Below, in pieces: positions 27,336-36,034 of a DNA stretch of 64,000 nucleotides. The translations under genes and the position numbers were made by a program. The stretch's first letter is position 1. Every line of letters begins with the position of its first letter. The notes beneath the pieces are model-generated. The model saw only the letters and a list, made by a program, of their open reading frames with translations, had not been told where the DNA came from and did no database searches. The DNA is from an uncultured Alphaproteobacteria bacterium (GTDB lineage Bacteria; Pseudomonadota; Alphaproteobacteria; HIMB59; GCA-002718135): contig CACNHT010000004.1 of the NCBI GenBank assembly GCA_902620285.1, forward strand, positions 2,651 through 66,650. Direction: 5' to 3'.

Positions 27336-28212
27336 TTTTTTTTAATATAGGTAAAAGGTAATTATATCCAATTTTAGCATATTCAAGTGGGTTAGCTTTT
27401 TTAGGATCCTGTTCAGCTTCAATTATAAGCCATTTTTGATATTTTTCTTCAAATAATATTTTAATTAATGGTTCATAATCGATGCATCCATCTCCAGGAA
27501 CAGTGAAAACACCATCTAAAAAAGACTCTCTAAAACTTAAGTCATCTTTAATAGATTTTAAAAAAACATCTTTTCTAATATCCTTACAATGAACATGGTT
27601 AATTCGAGAAATATAATTTTTTAATACTCTTTCGTAATTTGCTTCGGCAAACATTAAGTGTCCAGTATCGTAAAGCAAAAATGTATTTTGATTTGTCATA
27701 TCCATAAATCGATCTACATCATCCTCGGACTGTATAATAGTTCCCATATGCTCATGATACGACATTGGCATTCCTTCATCCATCAGCATATCAGATAATT
27801 CACTGATTTTTTTGCAATAGCTATCCCATTCATCTTTTTCAAGTATTGGTCTTTTACTAAGAGCTTTTGATTGATCGCCTTGGATTGATCCAGATACATC
27901 AGCAAAAACAAAAACATCCGCATTAATTAATTTTAATAAATTTAAATGATCTTGGAGTGCTATCCATTCTTCTTTTACACTTCTTTCTCTAAGCATTGCG
28001 CCATACCAACCACCTGGCATTTTTAAATTAAATTTTTCTAAAAGATATTTTGTTATTCCAGGATTTCTAGGAAATTTTCCACCTAATTCAATACCTGAAA
28101 ATCCAGATGTGCTTGCATCCTCTAAACATTTTTCAATAGGAGTGTCACCTCCTAGTTCTGGCATATCATCATTGCTCCAGGCAATAGGTGCGATACCAAG
28201 TTTAATTTTCAT
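27319..28212 (-). CDS. Xylose-isomerase-like TIM-barrel enzyme, IolE (inosose dehydratase)-like
   Basis: 297 aa. The N-terminus KLGIAPIAWSNDDMPELGGDTPIEKCLEDASTSGFSGIELGGKFP closely follows the IolE pattern (GxxPIxWxNDDxPELGG). Confidence 0.7.
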   Translation of the reverse strand: MKIKLGIAPIAWSNDDMPELGGDTPIEKCLEDASTSGFSGIELGGKFPRNPGITKYLLEKFNLKMPGGWYGAMLRERSVKEEWIALQDHLNLLKLINADVFVFADVSGSIQGDQSKALSKRPILEKDEWDSYCKKISELSDMLMDEGMPMSYHEHMGTIIQSEDDVDRFMDMTNQNTFLLYDTGHLMFAEANYERVLKNYISRINHVHCKDIRKDVFLKSIKDDLSFRESFLDGVFTVPGDGCIDYEPLIKILFEEKYQKWLIIEAEQDPKKANPLEYAKIGYNYLLPILKKNGYTL

Positions 28213-28255
28213 GAAGTTTTACATATTTCATGATAGATGAAAAATAAAGATAAAT

Positions 28256-29077
28256 ATGAACATATTATTAGTCGATGGAAATGAAAAAGAAGCTTCTGAT
28301 CGATATACAAAATTGAGTATGGATACTCAATTTCAAGTATATGAAAAAATTTTAAAAAAATATTCTAGTTCAACTATCAATATTACAACAATTCATCCTG
28401 CTGTTCATAATAATTATCTTCCTTTAGGCATAAGTCTTGACGATTTCGAAGCGGTTGCCTGGACAGGAAGCTTACTTAATATATATAACATGACAAAATC
28501 CATAACTAATCAAATAGACTTAGCTAAAGAATTATTTAAAAAAAAGAATAAAATATTTGGTAGTTGTTGGGGGCTTCAGGTTTTAGTAACTGCCGCAGGA
28601 GGTAAAGTAAGAAAAAATCCAAATGGCCTTGAAGCAGTTTTAGCTAAAAATATTACATTAAATCAAGATGGTGAAATTCATCCCATGTATAAAAACAAAA
28701 AAAAATCATTTAATGCACTATGTTGGCATTATGATGAAGCAGAAAAGCTTCCAAATGAAACTAAGGTACTAGCCTCAAATAAGATCAGTCAATTCCAATC
28801 TATAAGTTTTGAAGTAAATCAATCAAGTGTTTGGGCAGTGCAATACCATCCAGAATTTAATTCAAAATGGATGGCCGGACTTATGGAAATGAGAAAAGAT
28901 ATTTTGTTGGAACAAAAAGTATATGAAAATTTATCAGAATTTGAAAACGAAAAAATGATTTTACAAAACCCTGATAATCTTGAGAAAAAAGAATTACATT
29001 TATATGATGATGTGGTTGATGAAGAAATCCATTCTTTAGAAATTTCAAATTGGTTAAATCTTAATAAAAATTATTGA
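28256..29077 (+). CDS. Class I glutamine amidotransferase-like protein
   Basis: 273 aa. Nucleophile elbow FGSCWGLQ and the His motif VQYHPEF. Confidence 0.7.
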   Translation: MNILLVDGNEKEASDRYTKLSMDTQFQVYEKILKKYSSSTINITTIHPAVHNNYLPLGISLDDFEAVAWTGSLLNIYNMTKSITNQIDLAKELFKKKNKIFGSCWGLQVLVTAAGGKVRKNPNGLEAVLAKNITLNQDGEIHPMYKNKKKSFNALCWHYDEAEKLPNETKVLASNKISQFQSISFEVNQSSVWAVQYHPEFNSKWMAGLMEMRKDILLEQKVYENLSEFENEKMILQNPDNLEKKELHLYDDVVDEEIHSLEISNWLNLNKNY

Positions 29078-30542
29078 CTGCATTTATAATTGATTTCCAC
29101 TTACTAATACTAGAAGTTGAAATAGATTTGTTAATATTTGCTTTTACTGTTTTATCTTTTTTCCAAAGTTTACTTATTTGGCTTGTATTTTTTAAATATC
29201 CAGATTGAATTGCTGCAAGATATGCTGCACCAAGTGAAGTAGTCTCAACATTACTTGGTCTGATAATTTTAATTTGAGAAATATTTGCTAAACTTTGTAA
29301 AAAGCTATTATTTTTAACCATACCTCCATCAACTCGTATCTCACTAATCTTTGTTTTAGAATCTTTTTCCATACACTCAATTAATTCATAGGTTTGAAAA
29401 GATAGGCTGTCCAAAGTTGCTTTGATAATATCTTCTTTAGACGTATTTCTAGTGATACCAAAAAATGTTCCTCTCGCATTAGGGTTCCAATATGGTGCGC
29501 CAAGTCCAGTTAAGGCTGGAACAAAAAATAAATTTTCATCTTTATTAGCTTTTTTATACAACTTATCACTTTCACTAGAATCTTTTATAAATTTTAAATT
29601 ATCCCGAAGCCATTGTATGGCAGAACCTGCTACAAAAATGCTTCCTTCGTAGCAAAACATTTTTTTGCCATTAATTTTAAAAGCAACAGTTGTTAATAAT
29701 CTATTCTTAGATAATTTAAATTTTTCTCCAATATTCATAAGAAGAAAACAGCCAGTACCATAGGTACTTTTTGATTGCCCTTTTTTAAAACAAGCTTGAC
29801 CAATTGTTGCTGATTGTTGATCTCCAGCCATGCCGCCAATTGTTATTGCATCACCAAATAATTTAGTAGAACCAAAATCATATGCATTTTCAACTACAGT
29901 TGGTAAGATATTTTTTGGAATATTAAAAATTTTTAAAATTGTGTCAGACCACTTCTCTTTTTGAGAATCAAAAATCATGGTTCTTGAGGCATTTGATATA
30001 TCTGTTAGGTGAGATTTTCCTTTGGTTAAATTCCATAATAACCAGGTGTCTATTGTTCCAAAAAGTAAATTATTATTTTTAAAATTCTTATTTGCTTCCT
30101 TAACGTTATCAATAATCCATTTAATTTTAGTTGCAGAAAAATAAGGATCAAGTTCTAAACCAGTTATTTTTTGAATTTTTTTATCAATCCCTTTTCTTTT
30201 TAACTTTTCACAAACATTAGCTGTTCTTCTATCTTGCCAGACTATTGCTCTATAAATTGGTTTCCCAGTTTTTTTATTCCATAAAACTGTTGTTTCACGT
30301 TGATTTGTGATTCCAATTGAAATTATATTTTTTGAATTTAACTTATTTTTTTTTAATATTTTTGAAATTAAATTTCTAACATCGTTCCAAATTTCTGTTG
30401 CATTATGTTCTACCCATCCTTCATTTGGAAAATATTGTTTAAATTCTTTTTGTACAATATCAAATATTTCAAATTTTTTATTATACAGTACAATTCTTGA
30501 ACTAGTTGTTCCTTGATCAATAACTAAGAAATATTTATTCAT
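29061..30542 (-). CDS. glpK: Glycerol kinase
   Basis: 493 aa. FGGY kinase motifs LVIDQGTTSSR, GITNQRETTVLWNKKTGKPIY, AIVWQDRRT and GGMAGDQQSA. Confidence 0.95.
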   Translation of the reverse strand: MNKYFLVIDQGTTSSRIVLYNKKFEIFDIVQKEFKQYFPNEGWVEHNATEIWNDVRNLISKILKKNKLNSKNIISIGITNQRETTVLWNKKTGKPIYRAIVWQDRRTANVCEKLKRKGIDKKIQKITGLELDPYFSATKIKWIIDNVKEANKNFKNNNLLFGTIDTWLLWNLTKGKSHLTDISNASRTMIFDSQKEKWSDTILKIFNIPKNILPTVVENAYDFGSTKLFGDAITIGGMAGDQQSATIGQACFKKGQSKSTYGTGCFLLMNIGEKFKLSKNRLLTTVAFKINGKKMFCYEGSIFVAGSAIQWLRDNLKFIKDSSESDKLYKKANKDENLFFVPALTGLGAPYWNPNARGTFFGITRNTSKEDIIKATLDSLSFQTYELIECMEKDSKTKISEIRVDGGMVKNNSFLQSLANISQIKIIRPSNVETTSLGAAYLAAIQSGYLKNTSQISKLWKKDKTVKANINKSISTSSISKWKSIINAVNNFY

Positions 30543-30545
30543 ATA

Positions 30546-32480
30546 TTAGACATCTAAATTTTTAATGAAGTTAGCATTATTTTGAATAAATTTAAAACGT
30601 AACTCTGCTTTTTTTCCCATTAAGGTTTCAAATAAATTTTCTGTAATTTTTAAATTTTTTTTTGCTTTTTCTGAGTTAATTAAAATAAGATTTCTTTTCT
30701 TTTGATCCATAGTTGTTTCTTTTAATTGATCTGCAGGCATTTCACCCAATCCTTTAAATCTTGTGATATTATAATTGTCAGACTTAAATTCTTTTTCAAT
30801 CAATTTATCTTTCTCTTTCTCGTCATATGCGTAAAAAGATTTATTTTTGTTATAAATTTTAAATAGAGGAGGCATTGCTAGATAGAGTTTATTTTCATCA
30901 ATTAAACTTTTCATATATTTGTAAAAGAAAGTAATAAGTAGAGTCGCTATATGTGAACCATCCACATCAGCATCCGTCATTAGTATTATTTTCTCATATC
31001 TAAGTTTTGAAATTTCAAAATTTTTTCCGATTCCACATCCTAACGATTGAATGAGGTTTTGTATTTCATTATTATCAGCAATTTTAGATAACCCAACATT
31101 ATAAACATTTAATATTTTTCCTCTCAAAGGAAGTATTGCTTGAAATTCTCTATTTCTAGCTTGTTTTGCAGAACCTCCAGCACTATCACCTTCAACAATG
31201 AATATCTCAGAATCTTTTATTGATTTACTCGAGCAATCTACCAACTTGCCTGGAAGACGATTTCTTTCTTTAATACTTTTTCTATCTAACTCTTTAATTT
31301 TTGATAAATCTGTCCTCTGAAGTGCTCTTTCTATTAAATTATCTAAAAGTATTTTTGAATTTTTTTTATTAGCATTTAACCATAATAAAAACTCTTGTTG
31401 TGTCTTTGTTTCAACTTCTTTTTGTAAATTTGGCATTATTATTCTTTTTTTAGTTTGTCCTTCAAAGCTTGGATCATTAATAAAAATAGAAATTATAACA
31501 TTACAATAATCAAAAATATCACTGTGATTGATATTATTTATTTTTGAAAATTGATTTTTTTGTCCATAAAGTTTTATAGCTTTTAAAATTCCATTTCGAA
31601 TACCATTTTCATGAGAGCCGCCATCTGGTGTTTCAATAGTGTTACAATATGACATTAAACTTGAATTTTCATTTGTATTAAATGAAATTAATGTTTCAAA
31701 ATTTTCATTATCTTTAATTTTTGATTTTAATAAAAAATTTTTATCAAATAATTTAGAGTTGTTTGCGTATTCTAATTGAAAATAATCTTCAATTCCTTTT
31801 TTATAAAAAAAACTTTTTTTGTTAGGGGTTTTATCTTTTATTAATTCTTTATCAATTTCAAAGTTGATAGTTGTGCCCCCAACTAATACTGATTTCATGT
31901 TTATAAAATTATATAATTTTTTTGGAACAAATTGTGTTTCTTCAAATATGCTTTCATCTGGGATAAAAGAAATTTCTGTACCTTTTAATTTTTTGCTACA
32001 TTTTTCAATTTTTATTTTTGTCTTAACCTTTCCTTTTGAGTAATCTTGTCTATACACTTTTCCATCTTTGAATACCTGAACTTGTAATAAAGAACTTAAT
32101 GCATTTACAACAGAAATCCCAACCCCGTGTAATCCACCAGAAGTTTTGTAAGCATTACTGTTAAATTTACCACCTGCGTGAAGTGTAGTTAAAACTACTT
32201 CAAGTGCTCTTTTATTTTTATATTTTGGATGAAAATCAATAGGAATACCTCTTCCATTATCTTTTATTTTAATTGAACCATCTTTTTTATATTGAAAACT
32301 TATATCGGTCGCGTGACCAGCTAAAACTTCATCTATACTATTATCTAGTACTTCGTTAACTAAATGATGAAGACCATCTTGATTTGTGCTTCCAATATAC
32401 ATACCCGGTCTTTTACGAACTGGCTCAAGACCCTCAAGTACTTCAATATCTTTGGCATTATAAGTAGATTTTTTAGCCAC
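30546..32480 (-). CDS. parE: Type IIA topoisomerase subunit B, most likely topoisomerase IV ParE
   Basis: 644 aa, GTG start. GHKL ATPase motifs (LEGLEPVRKRPGMYIGST, HHLVNEVLDNSIDE) and TOPRIM (EIFIVEGDSAGGSAKQARNREFQAILPLRGKILNV). The length fits ParE rather than the ~800-aa GyrB. Confidence 0.8.
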   Translation of the reverse strand: MAKKSTYNAKDIEVLEGLEPVRKRPGMYIGSTNQDGLHHLVNEVLDNSIDEVLAGHATDISFQYKKDGSIKIKDNGRGIPIDFHPKYKNKRALEVVLTTLHAGGKFNSNAYKTSGGLHGVGISVVNALSSLLQVQVFKDGKVYRQDYSKGKVKTKIKIEKCSKKLKGTEISFIPDESIFEETQFVPKKLYNFINMKSVLVGGTTINFEIDKELIKDKTPNKKSFFYKKGIEDYFQLEYANNSKLFDKNFLLKSKIKDNENFETLISFNTNENSSLMSYCNTIETPDGGSHENGIRNGILKAIKLYGQKNQFSKINNINHSDIFDYCNVIISIFINDPSFEGQTKKRIIMPNLQKEVETKTQQEFLLWLNANKKNSKILLDNLIERALQRTDLSKIKELDRKSIKERNRLPGKLVDCSSKSIKDSEIFIVEGDSAGGSAKQARNREFQAILPLRGKILNVYNVGLSKIADNNEIQNLIQSLGCGIGKNFEISKLRYEKIILMTDADVDGSHIATLLITFFYKYMKSLIDENKLYLAMPPLFKIYNKNKSFYAYDEKEKDKLIEKEFKSDNYNITRFKGLGEMPADQLKETTMDQKKRNLILINSEKAKKNLKITENLFETLMGKKAELRFKFIQNNANFIKNLDV

Positions 32481-32516
32481 AAATATTTCTTATCAAAAGT
32501 GTTATTCTAAAAACAT

Positions 32517-32542
32517 AAAAAAAACCGCCCTAAGGCGGTTTT
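32517..32542 (-). terminator. Rho-independent terminator of glnA
   Basis: On the minus strand: stem CCGCC/GGCGG with an AT extension (32521-32529 / 32534-42), a 4-nt loop and a run of 8 U. Sits 23 nt after the glnA stop. Confidence 0.8.
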
Positions 32543-32564
32543 CTTTATAGAGACAAGTATAATT

Positions 32565-33995
32565 CTACACGTCGTAGTATAATTTAAACTCGTGTGGATG
32601 AGGTCTTATATTAATAGGGTCAACCTCACTCTCTTTTTTATAGCTAATATAAGTTTCAATTACATCTTTGGTGAATACATCACCCTCTAATAAAAATGCA
32701 TGATCCTTCTCAAGAGCTTCAAGAGATTCAGCTAAAGATCCAGGTGTAGATTGAATTTTAGACAAAACTTCATTGCTAGCAGCATAGAGATTTATATCTG
32801 TTGGATCACCAGGATTAATTTTATTTTTAATTCCATCTAATCCTGCCATTAACATTGCTGAGAATGCTAAGTATGGATTTGCACTTGGATCTGGACATCT
32901 AAATTCCATTCTTTTTGCTTTAGGGCTTTGAGAATAAGCAGGAATTCTAACAGATGCAGTTCTATTTCTTTGAGAGTAAACAATGTTCACTGGAGCCTCA
33001 AAGCCTGGGACCAATCTTTTATAAGAATTAGTGGTAGGAGCACAAAAAGCTAAAAGAGCAGGTGCATGTTTAAGTATACCGCCAATATAATTTAGAGCTA
33101 AATCACTTAGGTTAGCATAGTTACCCTCTTTATACATTAATGTGTCACCGTCTTTCCAAACACTTTGATGAACGTGCATACCTGAGCCATTATCTTCGAA
33201 TAAAGGTTTAGGCATAAATGTAGCTGTCATTCCATGTTGTCTAGCAACATTTTTAACAACGTACTTATATTTCATCATATCATCAGCCATTTTTAGTAAA
33301 GGCGAAAATTCTAAATCAATTTCACATTGTCCACCTGTTGCAACTTCATGGTGATGTGCTTCAACTGTAAGACCAATGTCTTGCATTGTCATTACCATTT
33401 CAGTTCTTACATCTTGAAGTGTATCAACTGGCGGTAAAGGAAAATAACCTTCTTTATGTCTAGGTTTATGACCTAAGTTTGGGTTTTCATCAGCACCACT
33501 ATTCCAAGTACCTTCAACAGAATCAACTTCATGAAATGCAAAGTTTGATCCTGAGTCAAACTGAACGTTATTAAACACAAAAAATTCTGCTTCTGGTCCA
33601 AAAAATGCTGTATCGCCAATACCAGATGATTTCAAATATGCTTCAGCTTTTTTAGCAATATTTCTTGGGTCACGACTATAATCAACTAAAGTTACAGGAT
33701 CTTTAATATTACAATGTAATGCTAAAGTTTTTTCTGAAAAAAATGGATCAATATAAGCTGTTGTTGCATCTGGCAAAACAATCATATCACTATCTTGAAT
33801 TTCTTGGAAACCTCTTACTGAAGATCCATCAAAACCAAGTCCGTCAGAAAATATATCTTCGTCTAAAAATTTAATTGGTATTGTAAAATGTTGAGTTGTT
33901 CCTGGTATATCAGTAAAGCGCATATCAACCATCTTAATGTCCATATCTTTAATTTCAGACATTAAATCTTTTGGAGTCGAGCTTTTTAATTTCAT
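32565..33995 (-). CDS. glnA: Glutamine synthetase type I
   Basis: 476 aa. Motifs [43 protein letters not shown] and RMEFRCPD. Confidence 0.97.
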   Translation of the reverse strand: MKLKSSTPKDLMSEIKDMDIKMVDMRFTDIPGTTQHFTIPIKFLDEDIFSDGLGFDGSSVRGFQEIQDSDMIVLPDATTAYIDPFFSEKTLALHCNIKDPVTLVDYSRDPRNIAKKAEAYLKSSGIGDTAFFGPEAEFFVFNNVQFDSGSNFAFHEVDSVEGTWNSGADENPNLGHKPRHKEGYFPLPPVDTLQDVRTEMVMTMQDIGLTVEAHHHEVATGGQCEIDLEFSPLLKMADDMMKYKYVVKNVARQHGMTATFMPKPLFEDNGSGMHVHQSVWKDGDTLMYKEGNYANLSDLALNYIGGILKHAPALLAFCAPTTNSYKRLVPGFEAPVNIVYSQRNRTASVRIPAYSQSPKAKRMEFRCPDPSANPYLAFSAMLMAGLDGIKNKINPGDPTDINLYAASNEVLSKIQSTPGSLAESLEALEKDHAFLLEGDVFTKDVIETYISYKKESEVDPINIRPHPHEFKLYYDV

Positions 33996-34012
33996 ATCTA
34001 TCTCCTTACTTC

Positions 34013-34042
34013 AACAAAAGGGTATGCTGTCCAGCGTTACCC
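34013..34042 (-). terminator. Terminator-like hairpin in the glnA leader, downstream of the riboswitch aptamers (candidate expression platform)
   Basis: Minus strand: GGGTA-AC-GCT-GGAC-AGC-A-TACCC (34042 to 34020) followed by TTTTGTT (34019-34013). Located 3-10 nt upstream of the glnA AAGGAG RBS. The stem is short, so this is weak to moderate. Confidence 0.35.
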
Positions 34043-34082
34043 GGTTAAATCATGCTCTAGTTATGAAATCTGCTTTTGATGC

Positions 34083-34132
34083 GCGTTCCTTCAGCTTTAA
34101 GCTTACTTCCGACCTATAACATAGGTTGAACG
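34083..34132 (-). promoter_or_regulatory. Glutamine riboswitch aptamer (glnA RNA motif), glnA-proximal copy
   Basis: Minus strand: CGUUCAA-CCUAU-GUU-AUAGG-UCGGAAGUA-AGCU-UAA-AGCU-GAAGGAACGC. P1 is CGUUC/GAACG. The conserved UCGGAAGUA and GAAGGAACGC strands match my memory of the glnA-motif consensus. Confidence 0.75.
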
Positions 34133-34149
34133 ATTTATAACTTTTGCAT

Positions 34150-34197
34150 GCGTTCCTTCGGCACAATGCCTACTTCCGACTCTAAAAGAGTTGAACG
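34150..34197 (-). promoter_or_regulatory. Glutamine riboswitch aptamer (glnA RNA motif), glnA-distal copy
   Basis: Minus strand: CGUUCAA-CUCU-UUU-AGAG-UCGGAAGUA-GGCA-UUG-UGCC-GAAGGAACGC. The single-stranded core is identical to the proximal copy. Both internal hairpins differ completely in sequence but still pair (compensatory). Confidence 0.75.
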
Positions 34198-34240
34198 ATT
34201 ATAGATTAATTACTTGCTTTTAAACAAAAGTAAAGAAGAA

Positions 34241-34582
34241 TTAGACAGCATCACTGTCTTTTTCACCAGTTCTTATTCTAATTACTTGCTCTATATTAGA
34301 TACAAAAATCTTTCCATCCCCAATTTTTCCAGAGTATGCACTAGATTTTATTGATTCTATAACATCATCTACCTGATTATCTTCGACTATTACCTCTAAC
34401 TTCATTTTGGCTAAAAATTCATCATCATAAGCATCATTTGCATCCATGCCCCCAGTCGATCCTCGTTGTCTTCCAAAACCCTTAACATCAATTAAAGTCA
34501 TTCCAGAAATTCCAATTTCATGGAGTGCCTCTTTTACTTGAGAAAGTTTAAAAGGTTTAATTATTGCCTCTATTTTTTTCAT
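34241..34582 (-). CDS. glnB: Nitrogen regulatory protein P-II with a divergent T-loop
   Basis: 113 aa. MKKIEAIIKPFKL...VKGFGRQRG...GKIGDGKIFV...VIRIRTGE is a clear PII sequence. The T-loop reads STGGMDANDAYDDEF instead of the usual [14 protein letters not shown]. The start overlaps the aminotransferase stop (ATGA). Confidence 0.9.
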   Translation of the reverse strand: MKKIEAIIKPFKLSQVKEALHEIGISGMTLIDVKGFGRQRGSTGGMDANDAYDDEFLAKMKLEVIVEDNQVDDVIESIKSSAYSGKIGDGKIFVSNIEQVIRIRTGEKDSDAV

Positions 34583-35736
34583 ATCGTAGATAATCTATTA
34601 ATAGCTTCTTTAATGTTTTCTAAAGAATTAGCAAAACTTATTCTAACAAATTCACCAGCATTATCTCCAAAGCTAGACCCTGGAACTAATGCAACACCTT
34701 TCTCTTCAAGTGCAACTTCTGAAAATTTATTTCCGCTCAATCCAGTTTTTGAAATATTTGGGAATGCATAAAAAGCACCACCTGGTTCAAAACAAGAAAT
34801 TTTTTCTAATTTATTCAATTCATTAAAAACGTACTCTTTTCTTTTTTGAAATTCACTAACAATTTTTGTTATTTCTTTCTGAGAGCCATTTATTGCTTCT
34901 AATCCTGCATATTGTGAAATTGATGAAGCACATGAATTATAATTTACACATATTTTGTTAGCATGTTCAATTAAATTTTCTGGCCATATACTCCAACCTA
35001 ATCTCCATCCAGTCATACAATATGTTTTGCTCCATCCCTCAAGAACTATTAATCTATCTCTTATACTTTCGTATTCTAATAAAGATGGCATTTGTTGATT
35101 ATTAAAAATAATATTACTATAAATTTCATCACTTAAAATAAATACGTTTGGGTACTGCTCTAATAAATTAACAAGATCAGTAATTTTTTTCTTATTCATA
35201 TATGATCCTGTTGGATTGTTTGGATTATTTATTATTATCAAACTTGTTTTATCAGATATTAACTCGTTTAATTGTTCAGTATTAATTTCGAAATTATCTT
35301 TTTCGGAAAGTTGCAATGGTACAGCTTTTGCACCACTGTATTTAATCATAGATCTATAAATTGGAAAACCAGGATCGGGAAAAATTATTTCTCTTTCTTC
35401 ACTTCCTAATAACAATGCTGAAATGAAAATTACTGGCTTACCTCCTGGAGTTATTAAAACATTTTCTGGTTTAATATTTGTTTTGTATTTTTTAAGTACT
35501 AATTCTGAAATTCCTTCTCGTAATTCAGGTATACCATTTGAAGGAGTATATCCATGATAACCATCTTTAATTGCTTTAATAGCAGCTTCTTGAATATTGA
35601 TTGGTGTCGGAAAATCAGGTTGTCCAATTCCCAAATTAATAATATCTTTACCTTTGGCTGCTAGATCATTGGCTTTAGCAAGAATAGAGAATGCTGTTTC
35701 TGTTTCTAAATTAAATATTCTTTTTGAAACTTCCAT
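34579..35736 (-). CDS. Pyridoxal-phosphate-dependent aminotransferase, class I/II (aspartate aminotransferase-like)
   Basis: 385 aa. Motifs NLGIGQPDFPTP, NNPNNPTG and the PLP-lysine block SKTYCMTGWRLGW. Confidence 0.9.
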   Translation of the reverse strand: MEVSKRIFNLETETAFSILAKANDLAAKGKDIINLGIGQPDFPTPINIQEAAIKAIKDGYHGYTPSNGIPELREGISELVLKKYKTNIKPENVLITPGGKPVIFISALLLGSEEREIIFPDPGFPIYRSMIKYSGAKAVPLQLSEKDNFEINTEQLNELISDKTSLIIINNPNNPTGSYMNKKKITDLVNLLEQYPNVFILSDEIYSNIIFNNQQMPSLLEYESIRDRLIVLEGWSKTYCMTGWRLGWSIWPENLIEHANKICVNYNSCASSISQYAGLEAINGSQKEITKIVSEFQKRKEYVFNELNKLEKISCFEPGGAFYAFPNISKTGLSGNKFSEVALEEKGVALVPGSSFGDNAGEFVRISFANSLENIKEAINRLSTI

Positions 35737-35788
35737 ATTTTTGATATAGCGATTTAATATAAAAATTAAACTTTTAATTAAGTTATAT

Positions 35789-35866
35789 GGCGAACGTAGC
35801 TCAGTTGGTTAGAGCGCAGGCTTGTGGTGCCTGATGCCGTGGGTTCGAATCCCATCGTTCGCCCCA
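35789..35866 (+). tRNA. tRNA-His (anticodon GTG) with genome-encoded G-1 and C73
   Basis: G-1 at 35789. Acceptor GCGAACG/CGTTCGC, anticodon loop TTGTGGT, T arm GTGGG-TTCGAAT-CCCAT, discriminator C at 35863, encoded CCA at 35864-35866. Confidence 0.92.
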
Positions 35867-35933
35867 TTCTCAATATTAGTTAATTTTCTCTATTGTTTTT
35901 TAATTTATTGTCCATAAAAGGCTAATAATAATA

Positions 35934-36018
35934 GGGCCGGTGGTGGAATTGGTAGACACGCTAGATTTAGGTTCTAGTGCCGCGAGGTGTGAAGGTTCAA
36001 GTCCTTTCCGGCCTACCA
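35934..36018 (+). tRNA. tRNA-Leu (anticodon TAG), long variable arm
   Basis: 85 nt. Acceptor GGGCCGG/CCGGCCT (G1-U72 wobble), anticodon stem CTAGA/TCTAG with loop TTTAGGT, variable arm TGCCGCGAGGTGT, T arm GAAGG-TTCAAGT-CCTTT, encoded CCA. Confidence 0.9.
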
Positions 36019-36034
36019 TTGGTTTTGATGAATT

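Noticed and set aside
28226-28242. Inverted repeat TTTCAT-N5-ATGAAA in the 43-nt divergent region between the IolE-like and amidotransferase-like genes
   Set aside because: At only 6 bp and AT-rich, it is expected by chance in this composition.
33937-34119. 60-aa ORF on the + strand
   Set aside because: It runs antisense to the glnA 5' end, its RBS and the proximal glutamine-riboswitch aptamer. The region is explained by those features.
34198-34203. Perfect TATAAT (minus strand) immediately 5' of the distal riboswitch aptamer, with TTGTTT 18 nt upstream: a possible internal glnA promoter
   Set aside because: A transcript starting 6-8 nt downstream would lack the 5' strand of the aptamer's P1 helix. 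A similar UAUAAAU precedes the other copy, so it may belong to the repeated RNA unit rather than be a promoter. The question stays open but unsupported.
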